A stretch of 51,679 bases of DNA, the filler included, from Jimgerdemannia flammicorona (taxonomy: Eukaryota), in assembly GCA_003990765.1 (NCBI GenBank). It is 2 parts of 2 records of this genome, joined end to end, with 100 filler letters (N's around TTAATTAATTAA, not from the genome) between each part and the next. Parts side by side here need not be neighbours in the genome. Positions count along the whole stretch, not along the records: positions 1 to 25,790 come from RBNJ01000794.1; 1 more part is not named here. One strand, given 5' to 3'. The notes below the pieces were generated by a model. It saw only the letters and a list, made by a program, of their open reading frames with translations. It did no database searches and was not told the origin of the DNA. The position numbers and the translations under genes were made by a program. Of this stretch, positions 1 to 10,535 are shown in pieces. How positions within the stretch are numbered: the first letter of the stretch is position 1; each line of letters opens with the position of its first letter.

Positions 1-412
1 AAAAAAGGTAACATTTCAATTACAAATTAACAATGAATAAAAAGCAAATTTCATGGTTACATATATATTCCATACTTGAAGAAAATTGACCGGGAATATT
101 CTAGTATTATTTCCGTTTAGTGGAAGTCAGGTTGCCAGATTTGATCTTCAGGTTGGACCACGGTTGCTAGGTTGAATCATTGCCAGGTTAGCGCTCGGCG
201 ATCGCTTCCAGGTGGCGTTATTTAGCCTAGCATCATCGATAGGCGATCTAACCAGGTGACTGGGTTGAACACAAATGAATCGGGTTGAATAAAAACCTGA
301 TTGGAACGAGCCAAACAAAATTAATTGTCTGTAACAATGCCTTCGGTTTTATCATTTGCGAGCTGTATTCAAGTTCTTATTACAATAAATGTATATTTAT
401 AAATAGTAAAAG

Positions 413-542
413 ATACGATGTTTTCTATACCTGTACTGGATCTGGAATCGTCCATGGTAACTTGGATGCAGTTAAAAATACGATGTTTTCTAAACCTGCA
501 CTGGATCTGGAATCGTCCATGGTAACTTGGATGTAGTTATAA
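413..542. repeat. 65-bp tandem duplication (2 copies)
   Basis: ATACGATGTTTTCTA.ACCTG.ACTGGATCTGGAATCGTCCATGGTAACTTGGATG.AGTTA starts at 413 and again at 478, with few mismatches. Confidence 0.9.
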
Positions 543-1525
543 ACAGAGTCGATTGTAATCGCCATTGAATGGAACTTGTGAACTTGTCAAATTTCGTCAT
601 TTACTATCTATCTATCTATCTATGCTTAATGACGTACTCGACTCATGAAACGATAAGCTAAGGAGGTGGTGTTGGGTAGCACGGTTTCAACTGAAGGGGT
701 GAGGTGCAGGGATTCACGTCCGCGACAAACAGGACCAGATCGGAGATTGATTTAATTTGTAACGTGTCCATGACGTAATGCCAGAAATGGAAATCCTCAG
801 TTCGGAATTCCAAGTCAAAGCGGCGGCCCAAGCAACTCTGTGGATTATTAATGTTCAAATTCGTTTGTTGAAAATCCCAACTAGGAAAAAAAGAGACAAG
901 AGAAAGAAAGGTCAGGTCCGAAAACCGGCAAGTGAGAGCGCTGGGCAGAAAGGTGGGAAGGTGATCAGGTATCAAGGCGGTTGACACAAGTAAACACTGA
1001 CCAAACATCTAATTGCAGAAGGTTCCGTCCGCCACCGCCATAAAGAGGTACAAACGGACTACGCCTCCGGCCAACTATAGGCCTTGGGCCCATGATTCCC
1101 CAGGCTCCCCAGGTCCCCGGGTCCCACGATCCCCGGCCTTATCCTATACACTGTTTGAACAAACAATAGTGCAGGTTGGTTCAGCGACCCTCGAGTAGAG
1201 GTTAGTACGATCCAGAGACACAAGGTTGCAAGTCATCAGAAGCACTATTACTTAGTAATCACGCTGCATTTAACGACTCTAAGGGCCTTGAACAACTTCT
1301 CTGTGTAATTTCCCACAACCGCTTTGGTGGATGCCTCCTTTCGGTTTTCCCACGGAGGGGCCATGCATTTTTTTCTGGGATGATCAGAGGACGGGACCGG
1401 GCGCCGACTAGAGGGTCGTTCGCCTGAGCCACTAGCAACACAACCGTCTCGGTCATCCACGTTTTTCACAACATAGCTATTTTGCATTCTAATTTATAAC
1501 AAACCATTTTGTGTCTGTCCTGCAC

Positions 1526-1692
1526 CGCCAGGTGCCTGTGCCAGGTGCAAGGTGCCAGGCGCTATACGCCAGGACGCCAGGTGCCTGGCGACAGGTGCCA
1601 GGTGCCAAGTGCCAGGCGCTATACGCCAGGACGCCAGGTGCCTGGTGACAGGTGCCAGCCAGGCGCTATCCGCCAGGTGTCAGACGTTATCC
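1526..1692. repeat. GCCAGG(T)-based minisatellite with a 57-bp higher-order unit
   Basis: GTGCCAGGCGCTATACGCCAGGACGCCAGGTGCCTGG.GACAGGTGCCAG at 1552 and 1609, flanked by degenerate GCCAGGT monomers. Confidence 0.9.
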
Positions 1693-1892
1693 GCCAACCG
1701 GAAGCCGCCGCAAGCCACATCCGCCGCTACCACCAGTTTCTGTTTGGAGTTCGCTTGCACTTGTCAGAGAGACCCATAATTGGAAGGGGCCAGGCCATGA
1801 ACAATAAGATGGGTTGGTCACCAACGAGTTGGTCCACACACGGATTCTGATACCTGGACATGCCCCGCGACCTGCATGGTAGCAGCGGACGA

Positions 1893-1979
1893 GGAACTGG
1901 GATGCGGAACGGGGATATGGAACCGGGATGCGGAACCGGGATAACCGGGATGCGGAACCGGGATATGGAACCGGGATGC
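1893..1979. repeat. 13-bp tandem array GGAACCGGGAT(GC/AT), ~7 units, upstream of the Zn2Cys6 gene
   Basis: Units read directly from the sequence; one unit is shortened. Confidence 0.9.
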
Positions 1980-2104
1980 ATTGACTGTTGAGCTTATAAA
2001 ACGCTTTGACATCTTGGGTTGAGAACTCAAAACACTCTCATCACAATGCAATCTCACGACTTCGGTTACAATCCAGAAACTTACCTGTCCGTCGAAGAAA
2101 ATTT

Positions 2105-2167
2105 GTAGGTCACATTTCATTCCATTACCTGAACCATAACGTGTCTATTTCTCTGCTCATCTAACAG
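2105..2167 (+). other. Probable 63-nt 5'-UTR intron of the Zn2Cys6 gene
   Basis: GTAGGT donor at 2105, pyrimidine-rich end ...GCTCATCTAACAG at 2167, typical fungal intron length. Confidence 0.5.
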
Positions 2168-2196
2168 ATGATATTGATTTACAATTTTTGTGAAGT

Positions 2197-3045
2197 ATGG
2201 CGGAGCACCTTCCGCAGGACGTGCCAACCCCCTCCGAAGTCATCAGTCACTTTTCACAAATCGCAATTTTTACGGGTCCACCTCCGCCACCTCCGACAGA
2301 TGGCGTCACGGAAATCTCGGATCAGGTGGCGTACAGGCCAGGCCAGGCTGTGGCGGACAGTGAAATCCGCATGGTATACGAAACTGGGACTCAACAACCC
2401 AAGTCCAGGGGTTCGAGGACACGCCAAGCTTGCGATCTCTGTGCCAAGTCCAGGCGAAAATGCGACGACTTAAGCCCATGCGGAGAATGCGCCAAACGCG
2501 GGAAAGACTGCACCTACACACGGCCGCAAAAACGACCTTCTCGCACCTCGTTGAGATCTCGATCCTCCGGGCCGTCGACGAATGTGGGGCACAACGTACC
2601 GCCGTTGCCCGAGCCTTTCGGTTTTCAATCTTCGCTTGAAACCAATGACCCTATGGACGAAGATCATGTAGGCATCCCGGCGAGCGATCTTCATCACACA
2701 CCTGTCATCCGCTCTATGCGAGACAATGAAGATCTCCTGACAACAATTACGGAACAACTAAACGTTTGTCAGCGCATGATTGGACGGATGTATCGACAAC
2801 TTCAACTCCAATCTCGATCCCGACAAGCACAAAATCGTGGAACCCGAAGCGAACAAGAAGAAGACAAAGATAATGGTCAAGATAGTCGCGATATACCTAC
2901 TAGCCACACCCCCAACCTTCCTGCACGCCGTTGGCGGGGCTTGCCGAAATTTATGTCTAGAAAGGTATCGTCCAAGAAACCGAGAAATTCAATTTTCAGG
3001 AGTTGGGGAAAGTCACATCGTGGAGCTGATGGCGAAGCCTCGTAA
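2197..3045 (+). CDS. Zn(II)2Cys6 (Gal4-type) fungal transcription factor, 282 aa
   Basis: Uninterrupted ORF with RTRQACDLCAKSRRKCDDLSPCGECAKRGKDCTY (CX2CX6CX5CX2CX6C), followed by a basic linker and a probable coiled-coil (LLTTITEQLNVCQRMIGRMYRQLQL). Confidence 0.9.
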   Translation: MAEHLPQDVPTPSEVISHFSQIAIFTGPPPPPPTDGVTEISDQVAYRPGQAVADSEIRMVYETGTQQPKSRGSRTRQACDLCAKSRRKCDDLSPCGECAKRGKDCTYTRPQKRPSRTSLRSRSSGPSTNVGHNVPPLPEPFGFQSSLETNDPMDEDHVGIPASDLHHTPVIRSMRDNEDLLTTITEQLNVCQRMIGRMYRQLQLQSRSRQAQNRGTRSEQEEDKDNGQDSRDIPTSHTPNLPARRWRGLPKFMSRKVSSKKPRNSIFRSWGKSHRGADGEAS

Positions 3046-3272
3046 TATAGAGAATACTTCGTAAGGTATTATTTTTTGCTGCCGGAGTGTTTCCGAATTT
3101 GTTAAAAGCTTCAATGTACACAGTCTGAGCTTTGCGAACCTGTAGCCATACGCAAGGGACCTGGTTACTGCTGGTTGGCAACTAGGTCCCCGAGCTAGAT
3201 TTCCTGAGAATAATTGAGGTGACCACTTTAAAAGTTGCCGCCTCAATTTAGGATTCATTTTATTTTTCGCCA

Positions 3273-3304
<32 letters not shown>

Positions 3305-4136
3305 TACACTTGTATTTTCATTCATAAATTCCATAAACATCCTTCCCTTGTCCCGCGTTTATGTTTCACCCCGTATAATTAAGAGGATCTCTGGAAATTT
3401 GAGGACTCAGAATGTCTCAAGTGTTGTTCCACGAATCTCCAGCATGCTCTGCAGCCACAATCTAGTAAAGTGTCTTGCACGCGAGGGTTTGCAGAGTGTG
3501 TAGAGTAAATGTACGGTGTGTGGATTATAAAATAAATGAAAGTACGGTGAAAAGGAGTAATTGAAAATGTTAAGCAAAACCAGAATACAAAAAGGCCGGA
3601 CGTGGGGTTTGGGCTTTTGAAGGCCCGCCATTCGCGTACATATGCGAAGGGGCCATTCGCCCATTTATTCCAAAAGGGATGGGTGGGAGGGATGTGTAAA
3701 AATCGATTGAAGATACAAAGATACGATAGAAAATGTCTGCTTAATGAAGAGTATGCTTGAAGGTAAAGTAATGAGCGCTGAAGGAAGGAAGTGCGTTACG
3801 GCTGCTGAAACTGGCGTACTTGAAACTGGACTAAGTTAGACTGAAAGGGAGGCTAAGACTACGAGTGAAAGGTGAATTGCATAATTGCGCTGCTGAAACG
3901 AATATTGCTAGGGTGAATTGCATGACTGCATTGCTGAAATGAATGTTGCGCGGTTCGTGCCACTTTGCTGCAGTTTGAACTTCGTTCATAACTCTATCAT
4001 ATATCTGGATACATTCCGATATATATATATATATATATGAGCTCTAATCGACAAATAATTTCGTTTGTATTTTTATTTATTTATTAAACTCACCCATAGT
4101 ATATTCAATGATTGTTCTATGAATAGTCGTTATCCA

Positions 4137-4478
4137 ATCATAGCTCAGTAATCGTCGCTCAGTCCATTGGCTAGTTCATTGTCCGCAGAACGACGATGAG
4201 GAACATTTGCAGAATGATGACAACGAAGAATAATCCGCAGAATGGCGATGACAGAACAATGACGACGACGACGAACAACGGCGACGATGAACTAGACGAT
4301 GAACTGCTGAATGACGATGGACGATTGGATGACATACTACTGAGTGGCAATAAATGGACAATGAACGACAACGATGACGAAATGGACAATAGATGGAATA
4401 GACAATGGACTATGATAAACTGCTGAACGGCGACCGAATCGATAATGGACTGAACAAGGGACTACTGCAGATTATGAT
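4137..4478. mobile_element. Small foldback/MITE-like element with GACGA-rich interior
   Basis: Imperfect terminal inverted repeats: CAGTAATCGTCGCTCAGTCCATT (4146-4168) vs the reverse complement of 4444-4467, CAGTAGTCCCTTGTTCAGTCCATT. A related sequence lies inverted at ~6092-6215. Confidence 0.5.
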
Positions 4479-4732
4479 GTGTTTTTTTTTTTTTTTTTTT
4501 TGACCAAAGAATGTCAAAAACACCGTGACCAGTATTTGCAGATTCACACTGTGCGACTTCCTCCAGAATTTGTTGAACGCGTCCTAAGTTAGCCCATGTG
4601 CAATATTAAAGAGGATGATGAATGACTTTTGGACAAGGAGTAGAAATATTGCCGTGCAGCATCTCACTCTCCCCGATGCAGTCTTGCATTCCCCTTTTCC
4701 TCCTTGTACAGTGAGCTCACTGTGTATAAGAG

Positions 4733-5098
4733 TCACCACACTACTCCCTTATACGACTCATCAATAATTCGATGACTCCGGCGGGATCCCGTATGCGACG
4801 CAGCTGAAGCATCCGCAGCGGCACGCCTCCTTCTCGACCCCTGCATGCCATCGGCACCGCCATCCGCTGTGTACACCTGGAACTCAGCAGGATCGTAGAG
4901 GTTGCCATATGTGGAACTCAGGTGACGTTTTGTTAGGGAGGCGGGCAAGGGTTTGGATTGGGAACGCGTGGGTTTCGCGGCGATCGCGGTGGCCTTGTTG
5001 CTGCTGATTGGCGAGGCGACGGCGGATTTCATTGCCTTGATGGGTGTGGTTTGCGCAAAGGAGCTTAGGGGCATGGTGATGGGAGATAATGAATACAT
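4733..5098 (-). CDS. Small hypothetical protein (121 aa, Ser/Ala/Arg-rich, ends IIDESYKGVVW) with a spliced 5' leader
   Basis: ATG-initiated ORF. Upstream on the minus strand: donor GTACGT (5401), acceptor CCCCACAG (5318), donor GTAAGC (5230), candidate acceptors at 5131 or 5112. Confidence 0.6.
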   Translation of the reverse strand: MYSLSPITMPLSSFAQTTPIKAMKSAVASPISSNKATAIAAKPTRSQSKPLPASLTKRHLSSTYGNLYDPAEFQVYTADGGADGMQGSRRRRAAADASAASHTGSRRSHRIIDESYKGVVW

Positions 5099-5669
5099 CC
5101 GATGAGTAGTTCTAGTAAGCGAAAATGGTTCTGAGTAGCCGATCCTTCTTCGTCACTTGCACAAACCAGCATGGGGATCGCGGCCAATTCAAATTTCTTG
5201 GTCACTCTATAGAAACTCTTAATCGCTTACCTGCAGCACGAAAATAAGGCTTCGTGGCCTTTGTCCACTGCTCCCTCTCTTCGGCCTCTACTGCGATGTT
5301 GGCGAAATCATATATGCCTGTGGGGAAAATGGGTAGATATGTTAATATAAAAGAAGAGACCTATTTGTCGCAACAGAAGATTTTGATTGACAAAAACGTA
5401 CGGAATTAACAGGTGTTCCCACCATTGTGTGTTTTTGTTGTACGTCGGATCACGTTTAGGGATTGATTACTCGTGACATTTCGCAATTCGGCGGAAATCG
5501 TGCGAGCGGGGCGAGCAATTTTGTGTGTATTAATTAACACGTGGACAATATCTTCTTCCCAACCTCCATATATCATCAATATTGGTTTGGACAGCTTACC
5601 AATAAGTATCGTTGTCTGGGAAATACCATTTTTCCGTATCCATGCCAAAGCCCAAACATAATTTAATTA

Positions 5670-5921
5670 TCCCTTACTCTGTAATGCAGCCGAATTTGGC
5701 TGCAAAAAAAAAAAACTATAAAAATATTATAAAAATCAAAAGAAAATCAAAAAAATGAAATTATCAAAAAAAAATTTCAATTTTTTTTTTCAAATTTCCT
5801 AACTTTTTTCAAAAAAAAAATTTTTATAATTTTATAATAAATATTAAGTCAAAAAAAAAAATTAAAAATTTAAAATTTTTTTGCAGCCAAATTTGGCTGT
5901 ATTATATTACAGAATAAGGGA
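5670..5921. mobile_element. MITE (~250 bp), TA-flanked, A/T-rich interior
   Basis: TIRs TCCCTTACTCTGTAATGCAGCCGAATTTGGCTGCAAAAAAA and its near reverse complement TTTTTTTGCAGCCAAATTTGGCTGTATTATATTACAGAATAAGGGA; TA on both sides. Confidence 0.8.
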
Positions 5922-6091
5922 TATATATATTTGAATAGTGATATCAAATGCTTTGTATGTATGAACCATGAGGCTATGATTCCAATTTATAAGTCCATAA
6001 TAAAGCTCCGTGTGGTCTCGCTTCCTAACTCTTTGACCACAATCCGGACCCAATCCGAAACCCAATCCGAAGCATAAACGTTTTGCGGTTT

Positions 6092-6215
6092 ACCATCATT
6101 CTGCTTTTGCAGATCCTCGTCATCGTCGTCGTTTTGCGTATAACAGTCGTCGTTCTGCAGATAATAGTCCTATAATCGTCGTTATATATAACGATAACCA
6201 GCAAGGACTATTCAA
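6092..6215. repeat. Inverted partial copy of the 4137-4478 repeat family
   Basis: ATCATTCTGC...TCATCGTCG...GTCGTTCTGCAGA matches the reverse complement of 4181-4220. Confidence 0.5.
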
Positions 6216-7369
6216 TGAAGAAGCAAATTAATGAGCGACTTACCGCATTCGAAAGTTCGAATTCGATTCGAATTGGCCCAGATTTGATAGATTCCATTCG
6301 AATCGGCTCCGATTCGTTCGGTTCCAATCCACAACCTCATATCTCCCGGCGCGTGGTCCGATTCTTATGTTCATTAGTTCGTTAGAGCGGGCCCGGACAT
6401 GATAATTCCAGCGAGCAAAAGATCATATTGGATGACGCGTCATCGAAATATGATGTGAAACGTCTGGCGTGTTACCTAAAACCCGAATCGATTCAGGAAA
6501 GGGCTTGGAATGATCGTTTCGGAGCACTACTGTACAGCAAGCATACCGAGCGACGAGAGCGATTTTAAGACTGTGAAAATAAAATGTTGTTAGCTTTGAT
6601 ATTGAGAAGTGGAGGGCACACGACGAGTCAAGTTAAAGTAGATGTACAGGTTTTAATGAACACAGTGATCCCTCAAACATTTTTCTCAATATAAACTCTC
6701 AAAACTCTCAACAGTACGCAAATTTCGGAACCGGCTCGTGAACAATACCTATCGTTGGAATTGGTGGCGAAATTCAATCCCACATCCTGCTCCATTTTTT
6801 TTTTTTTTTTTTTTTTTTTTGCAAATACGATGTCTCGAAGTCCCTTAACACCTAACGGTCACCATATCCAGATTCACAGGCCACTAAAACTTGTTTTTTT
6901 ACCGGGCTTGCAATAAAACCAAACACTTGCCAAACGATACGGCCACAAATAATAGCATACCTGTGACGACCAATCGCTTTTGAGCCGAAAGGTTCTGTGG
7001 CAGTGGAATAACGTGAATGTACTTGTTCGAAAGGTAGCACCTCCGTTCAAGTACGTTTTTGGTATCGACGTCTGGGTTGGCGGTTTCGAGAACGTTCCGC
7101 TGATTGAGAAAGATGTCTTCTCTCCAAGGAATGAGATCGTTGTCGACGCGCTTTGCTCTCCGTCTTGAAATCTCCGACGCTTGTCGATGTAGACTGAGAT
7201 GGCACGTTCAGTTGGACTATCAACGTGGACCAGGTCAATCGAATGAGTTCACCAGCATAAATCATAAGACCTAAGGAGATTTTGTGCTCGTCTCACGGAA
7301 TGCGTGAGGGCGATGGCGGGGAAGGGAAGCCAACACAATAAAATCAATATATGCCATGCAAAAACATAC

Positions 7370-8107
7370 CACCTTAACCTCCTATTCGTACTTTCTCTCT
7401 TCTCTCCCTCCCTCCTTCTACCTCCACCCCCCTCTTCCTCTTCCTCTTTCCCTCTCTCCCTCTCTCCCTCTCTCCTTCCTTCTACCTCCACCCCCCTCCC
7501 CCTCTTCCTCTCTCCCTCTCTCCCTTGCCGGCTCACTCATGAGGTTCTGGCTCCCACAAACGCCCTTCCGGGCCTTAAAAACTGAACATTCATGTGGCCA
7601 GCGCAACCTTTCCTCCTGTCCAACGCCTCACCCGATTCCAGCGCATCATCATCGAACGGGAATTTGCGACGACGCGATGTCGCCAGCACGCCCAGGTCGA
7701 CTATCCGTACCAGATCACGCCAGGCTGCAGGCTAGGGGAAGGAAAGTGTCGCAGGATGCGGACAGGCATGCGCGAGGACGCGTCTTGATGCGGGACTGGA
7801 ACGGGTGGCTATTGGAGCACGACGACGCACGAGTCGGACAAAAGCACGACTCAGACGGAAGACCGCGGTGGGAGCGGTTATGTCTGGCGGCGAGCTTAGG
7901 GGCGGGGTTGAGGCAAGGGTCTATGTCCGTGTCGGTGTCTTCCAGGAGGCGATCTAGGGTTGCGAACATGGGACCACGCATGTTTGCATCGGCGGGGCGA
8001 GGGGGTGTGTGGAAGGAAGAGAGGACGAAGAGGTCGTCGAGGAGGGAGGTCGTTGCGGTGTGATCGGAGTCAGAGTCGTGCTCGGGGGACGGGTCCGTAG
8101 AGTCCAA
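7370..8107 (-). pseudogene. 5' fragment of a GID4/Vid24-family gene, pseudogenised
   Basis: 7588-7541 reads CS+FLRPGRAFVG+SQNL across a +1/-1 frameshift pair. After a GA-rich insert the same frame gives YE*EVKV, then a GTATGT donor at 7369. This matches the fungal Vid24 start CSFL.PG..F.G.Q...W.VKV. Upstream boundary uncertain; downstream domain exons not seen. Confidence 0.55.
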
Positions 8108-9916
8108 GTCGTTGTCGAGCTCGAGGTTGATTTCGAGGTTGATGTTGGGAAGTCAAGACAGGAAACGATACGGTAAGAGAAGCCCTTTAACTACACTCTG
8201 AAATTTCTACCGACTCCCAGTTGATACGATACGCGTTCGTATATGAGCGATCTCCGTTCACGGCAATGGAGTCGGGATCGGGGCGGGTTGTGGCTCGGCT
8301 CGCGGGTTACATACGGGTTCGTGACGGTGACGGCCAGCCGTTTTCGGCGCGAAGGGAACGGAGAGACCAGAGCGTTCAAATTCCGTCTATTTGAATTTTT
8401 GTTTTTTTTTTTGTTATTTGTTAGACGACAAACAGTATTGTCGTCCTAGGGTACCGATGACAAACAGTATTGTCGTTGGGTACCCGGAGTTCCCTTGACC
8501 AAGGATCATATTTCCAAAGATATTAATATCCAAGTACTCTAATCGATCCACTCGTACTCTATTTCCATGGATAGTTCCATGTACTCTATTTCCACTGGTC
8601 GTTGTACATCTCAAAGAGGGTCCGGTGGGTTGGGTCGACGAGCGCTTTTATAGCAAAGTCCGAAGAGTGGCATTGTGGGATTGTGGATGCTGAATTTTTT
8701 GCAGTTATCAGGCAAACGCTCATTGGCCAAGTGAGCTAGAGGCCATTTCTCCAAGCTCGCGTCATCCATAGCCACAGAAATCAGATCATTTGGTGACGTA
8801 GAAGCACGTGCCAAAAACCAAGCCCATACCGTGTCCAAGCATGTAGTCTCTTCGCCATCGTTCCTCATTGTCATCCCCTATCCTCATCATACCAGACGAA
8901 CTATTTCAGGTATGGCCATCTCCAATGGGATACCGAAGCCGCGTGATGCTGGAGATATTCCAGGTTGGAGTAAACGTTTACTTTTTCCAATGTGCCGAGC
9001 TGCCAGCTGACTATAGGTATGGATTCATAAGGAGACATCTTTTAATTTCCCTTTCCTGTGCGGCGAGCAAAAGGATTGATGCGCGTTCCTTCTTTTTCTT
9101 TTGTTCGTCTTGGAAAACTTTCATTTGATATTTTTATTTTCATTTTCTATCTAAACTCTTCATTGTCTCATTATCACAAGAGTTGACTAATGCTGTCACC
9201 CTCTGCCCAAAAACCACACGTCCCGCAAGATCTTGCTGAACCAGTACATGGATTCGGACGACAAAGTGATGATATTCCCTTTCTTGAACGTCTTCTTTGA
9301 TGGAACCTTTTTGATGCCATACACCTCATCGCACTTCCCGCTTCTTTTCTACAGGTAGTCGATTACATAACTTCTCGGCGTCACAGTTTGGCTGGGTTGA
9401 TGGGGCAAATAGGTGTGAGTAGATGTTTGATATTAAATCGACGTAGAGGCAAGGTTGCACTATGCCTGACCGCGCCTCGTCACATATACTTCTTTTCAGC
9501 TCTTCGTCACATCGTACCGTATGACCTCTCAGCTCGCCGACCTCACTTACCTATCTTGCCCTGCCTGATCGTCGGCGCGGTTCTTGAGCGGGGAGATGCA
9601 CCGCAAAGATAAAGGTTGAGATGGTACCATTGTGAGGAGCTCAACTGCACTCGTGGCATCAGGACGTATTGGCGTCAAAGGCACTAACGAGCATAATACA
9701 TATCGTTGAGTTTGAAGAACAGACTGGCTATGGGAAATTCGACCACTGCACGACGATAGAGGCCACCACGGAATGGACAACGTTTTTTTCTGCACAAGCA
9801 TGACAGGGAGAGAGTTGTTGCAGCTGTGACCATTGTTCACCTACGAGCAAAATAGCAAAATATTTTATCTAGCACATTAAAATATTTTGGGTATATGATC
9901 GAGACATATGTAGTAA

Positions 9917-10193
9917 TGTTAGGGGATAGAAGTTGTTCAAATTAGTTATATAATATTTATAGCTTTGTAAAATATCTCCTTAATTATAAAAATGACAGAT
10001 GTATTTTTTTCAAGTTTAATAAGTTTCAGATATTTTCTTAATAGAAGTCTTTGATTGTTATAAGCTAGATATTATCAGAGATCTCAGAGATAGAGATAGT
10101 ATAAATAGAGATTACATATATTTTAATTTATACTAAAACCGAACTTATCTGTCTTGATAAATATCTGCTACTGAGATATAATCTGTACTAACA
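9917..10193. mobile_element. Possible solo LTR
   Basis: TGTTAG...CTAACA ends, TATAAATAG box near 10100, ~277 bp; flanks AGTAA/ACTAT match only 3/5. Confidence 0.35.
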
Positions 10194-10535
10194 ACTATTA
10201 TAGTTCAGAAAATAGTAAATATAAATATTATATTAAATAAAAACTAATTATTTTAATTTTAATATTAGTTTTAGTTAAATAAGTTAAAATTAACCTATTA
10301 TTATTTAGTAAAAGAATTAATAAAGATCTAATTTTAGCTATATATTTAAAATAAAAAATAAATTATATTAAAAAATATAACTTAAATATTAATAAAACAT
10401 CTCTTGTTCTTTTAGTAATTTTGTAAAAAATCTCAATAAAAGGTTATAAGTTTTACTAGTATCAGTAACTAAAAAAAAACCCCCCTTAAATATATATTAT
10501 TATAATAAAACTATATACTAATAGAATTAATATAT

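Noticed and set aside
1167..1246. TAGTGC...AGAAGCACTA as an 80-bp hAT MITE
   Set aside because: Ends resemble the hAT TIR, but flanks show no 8-bp TSD and no subterminal repeats
1526..1979. Repeat arrays as CRISPR, and ORFs 1509-1850, 1552-1779, 1727-1981 as genes
   Set aside because: No unique spacers and no cas genes, eukaryotic context; the ORFs are translations of the repeats
4171..4426. Asp/Asn- or Ser-rich ORFs on both strands
   Set aside because: By-products of the GACGA/GATGA repeat interior
7304..8063. Plus-strand 93- and 235-aa ORFs
   Set aside because: Low-complexity antisense reading of the GID4-like relic and its CT-rich tract
8426..8595. Short direct repeats GACAAACAGTATTGTCGT x2 and GTACTCTATTTCCA x2
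   Set aside because: Local micro-duplications with no further structure
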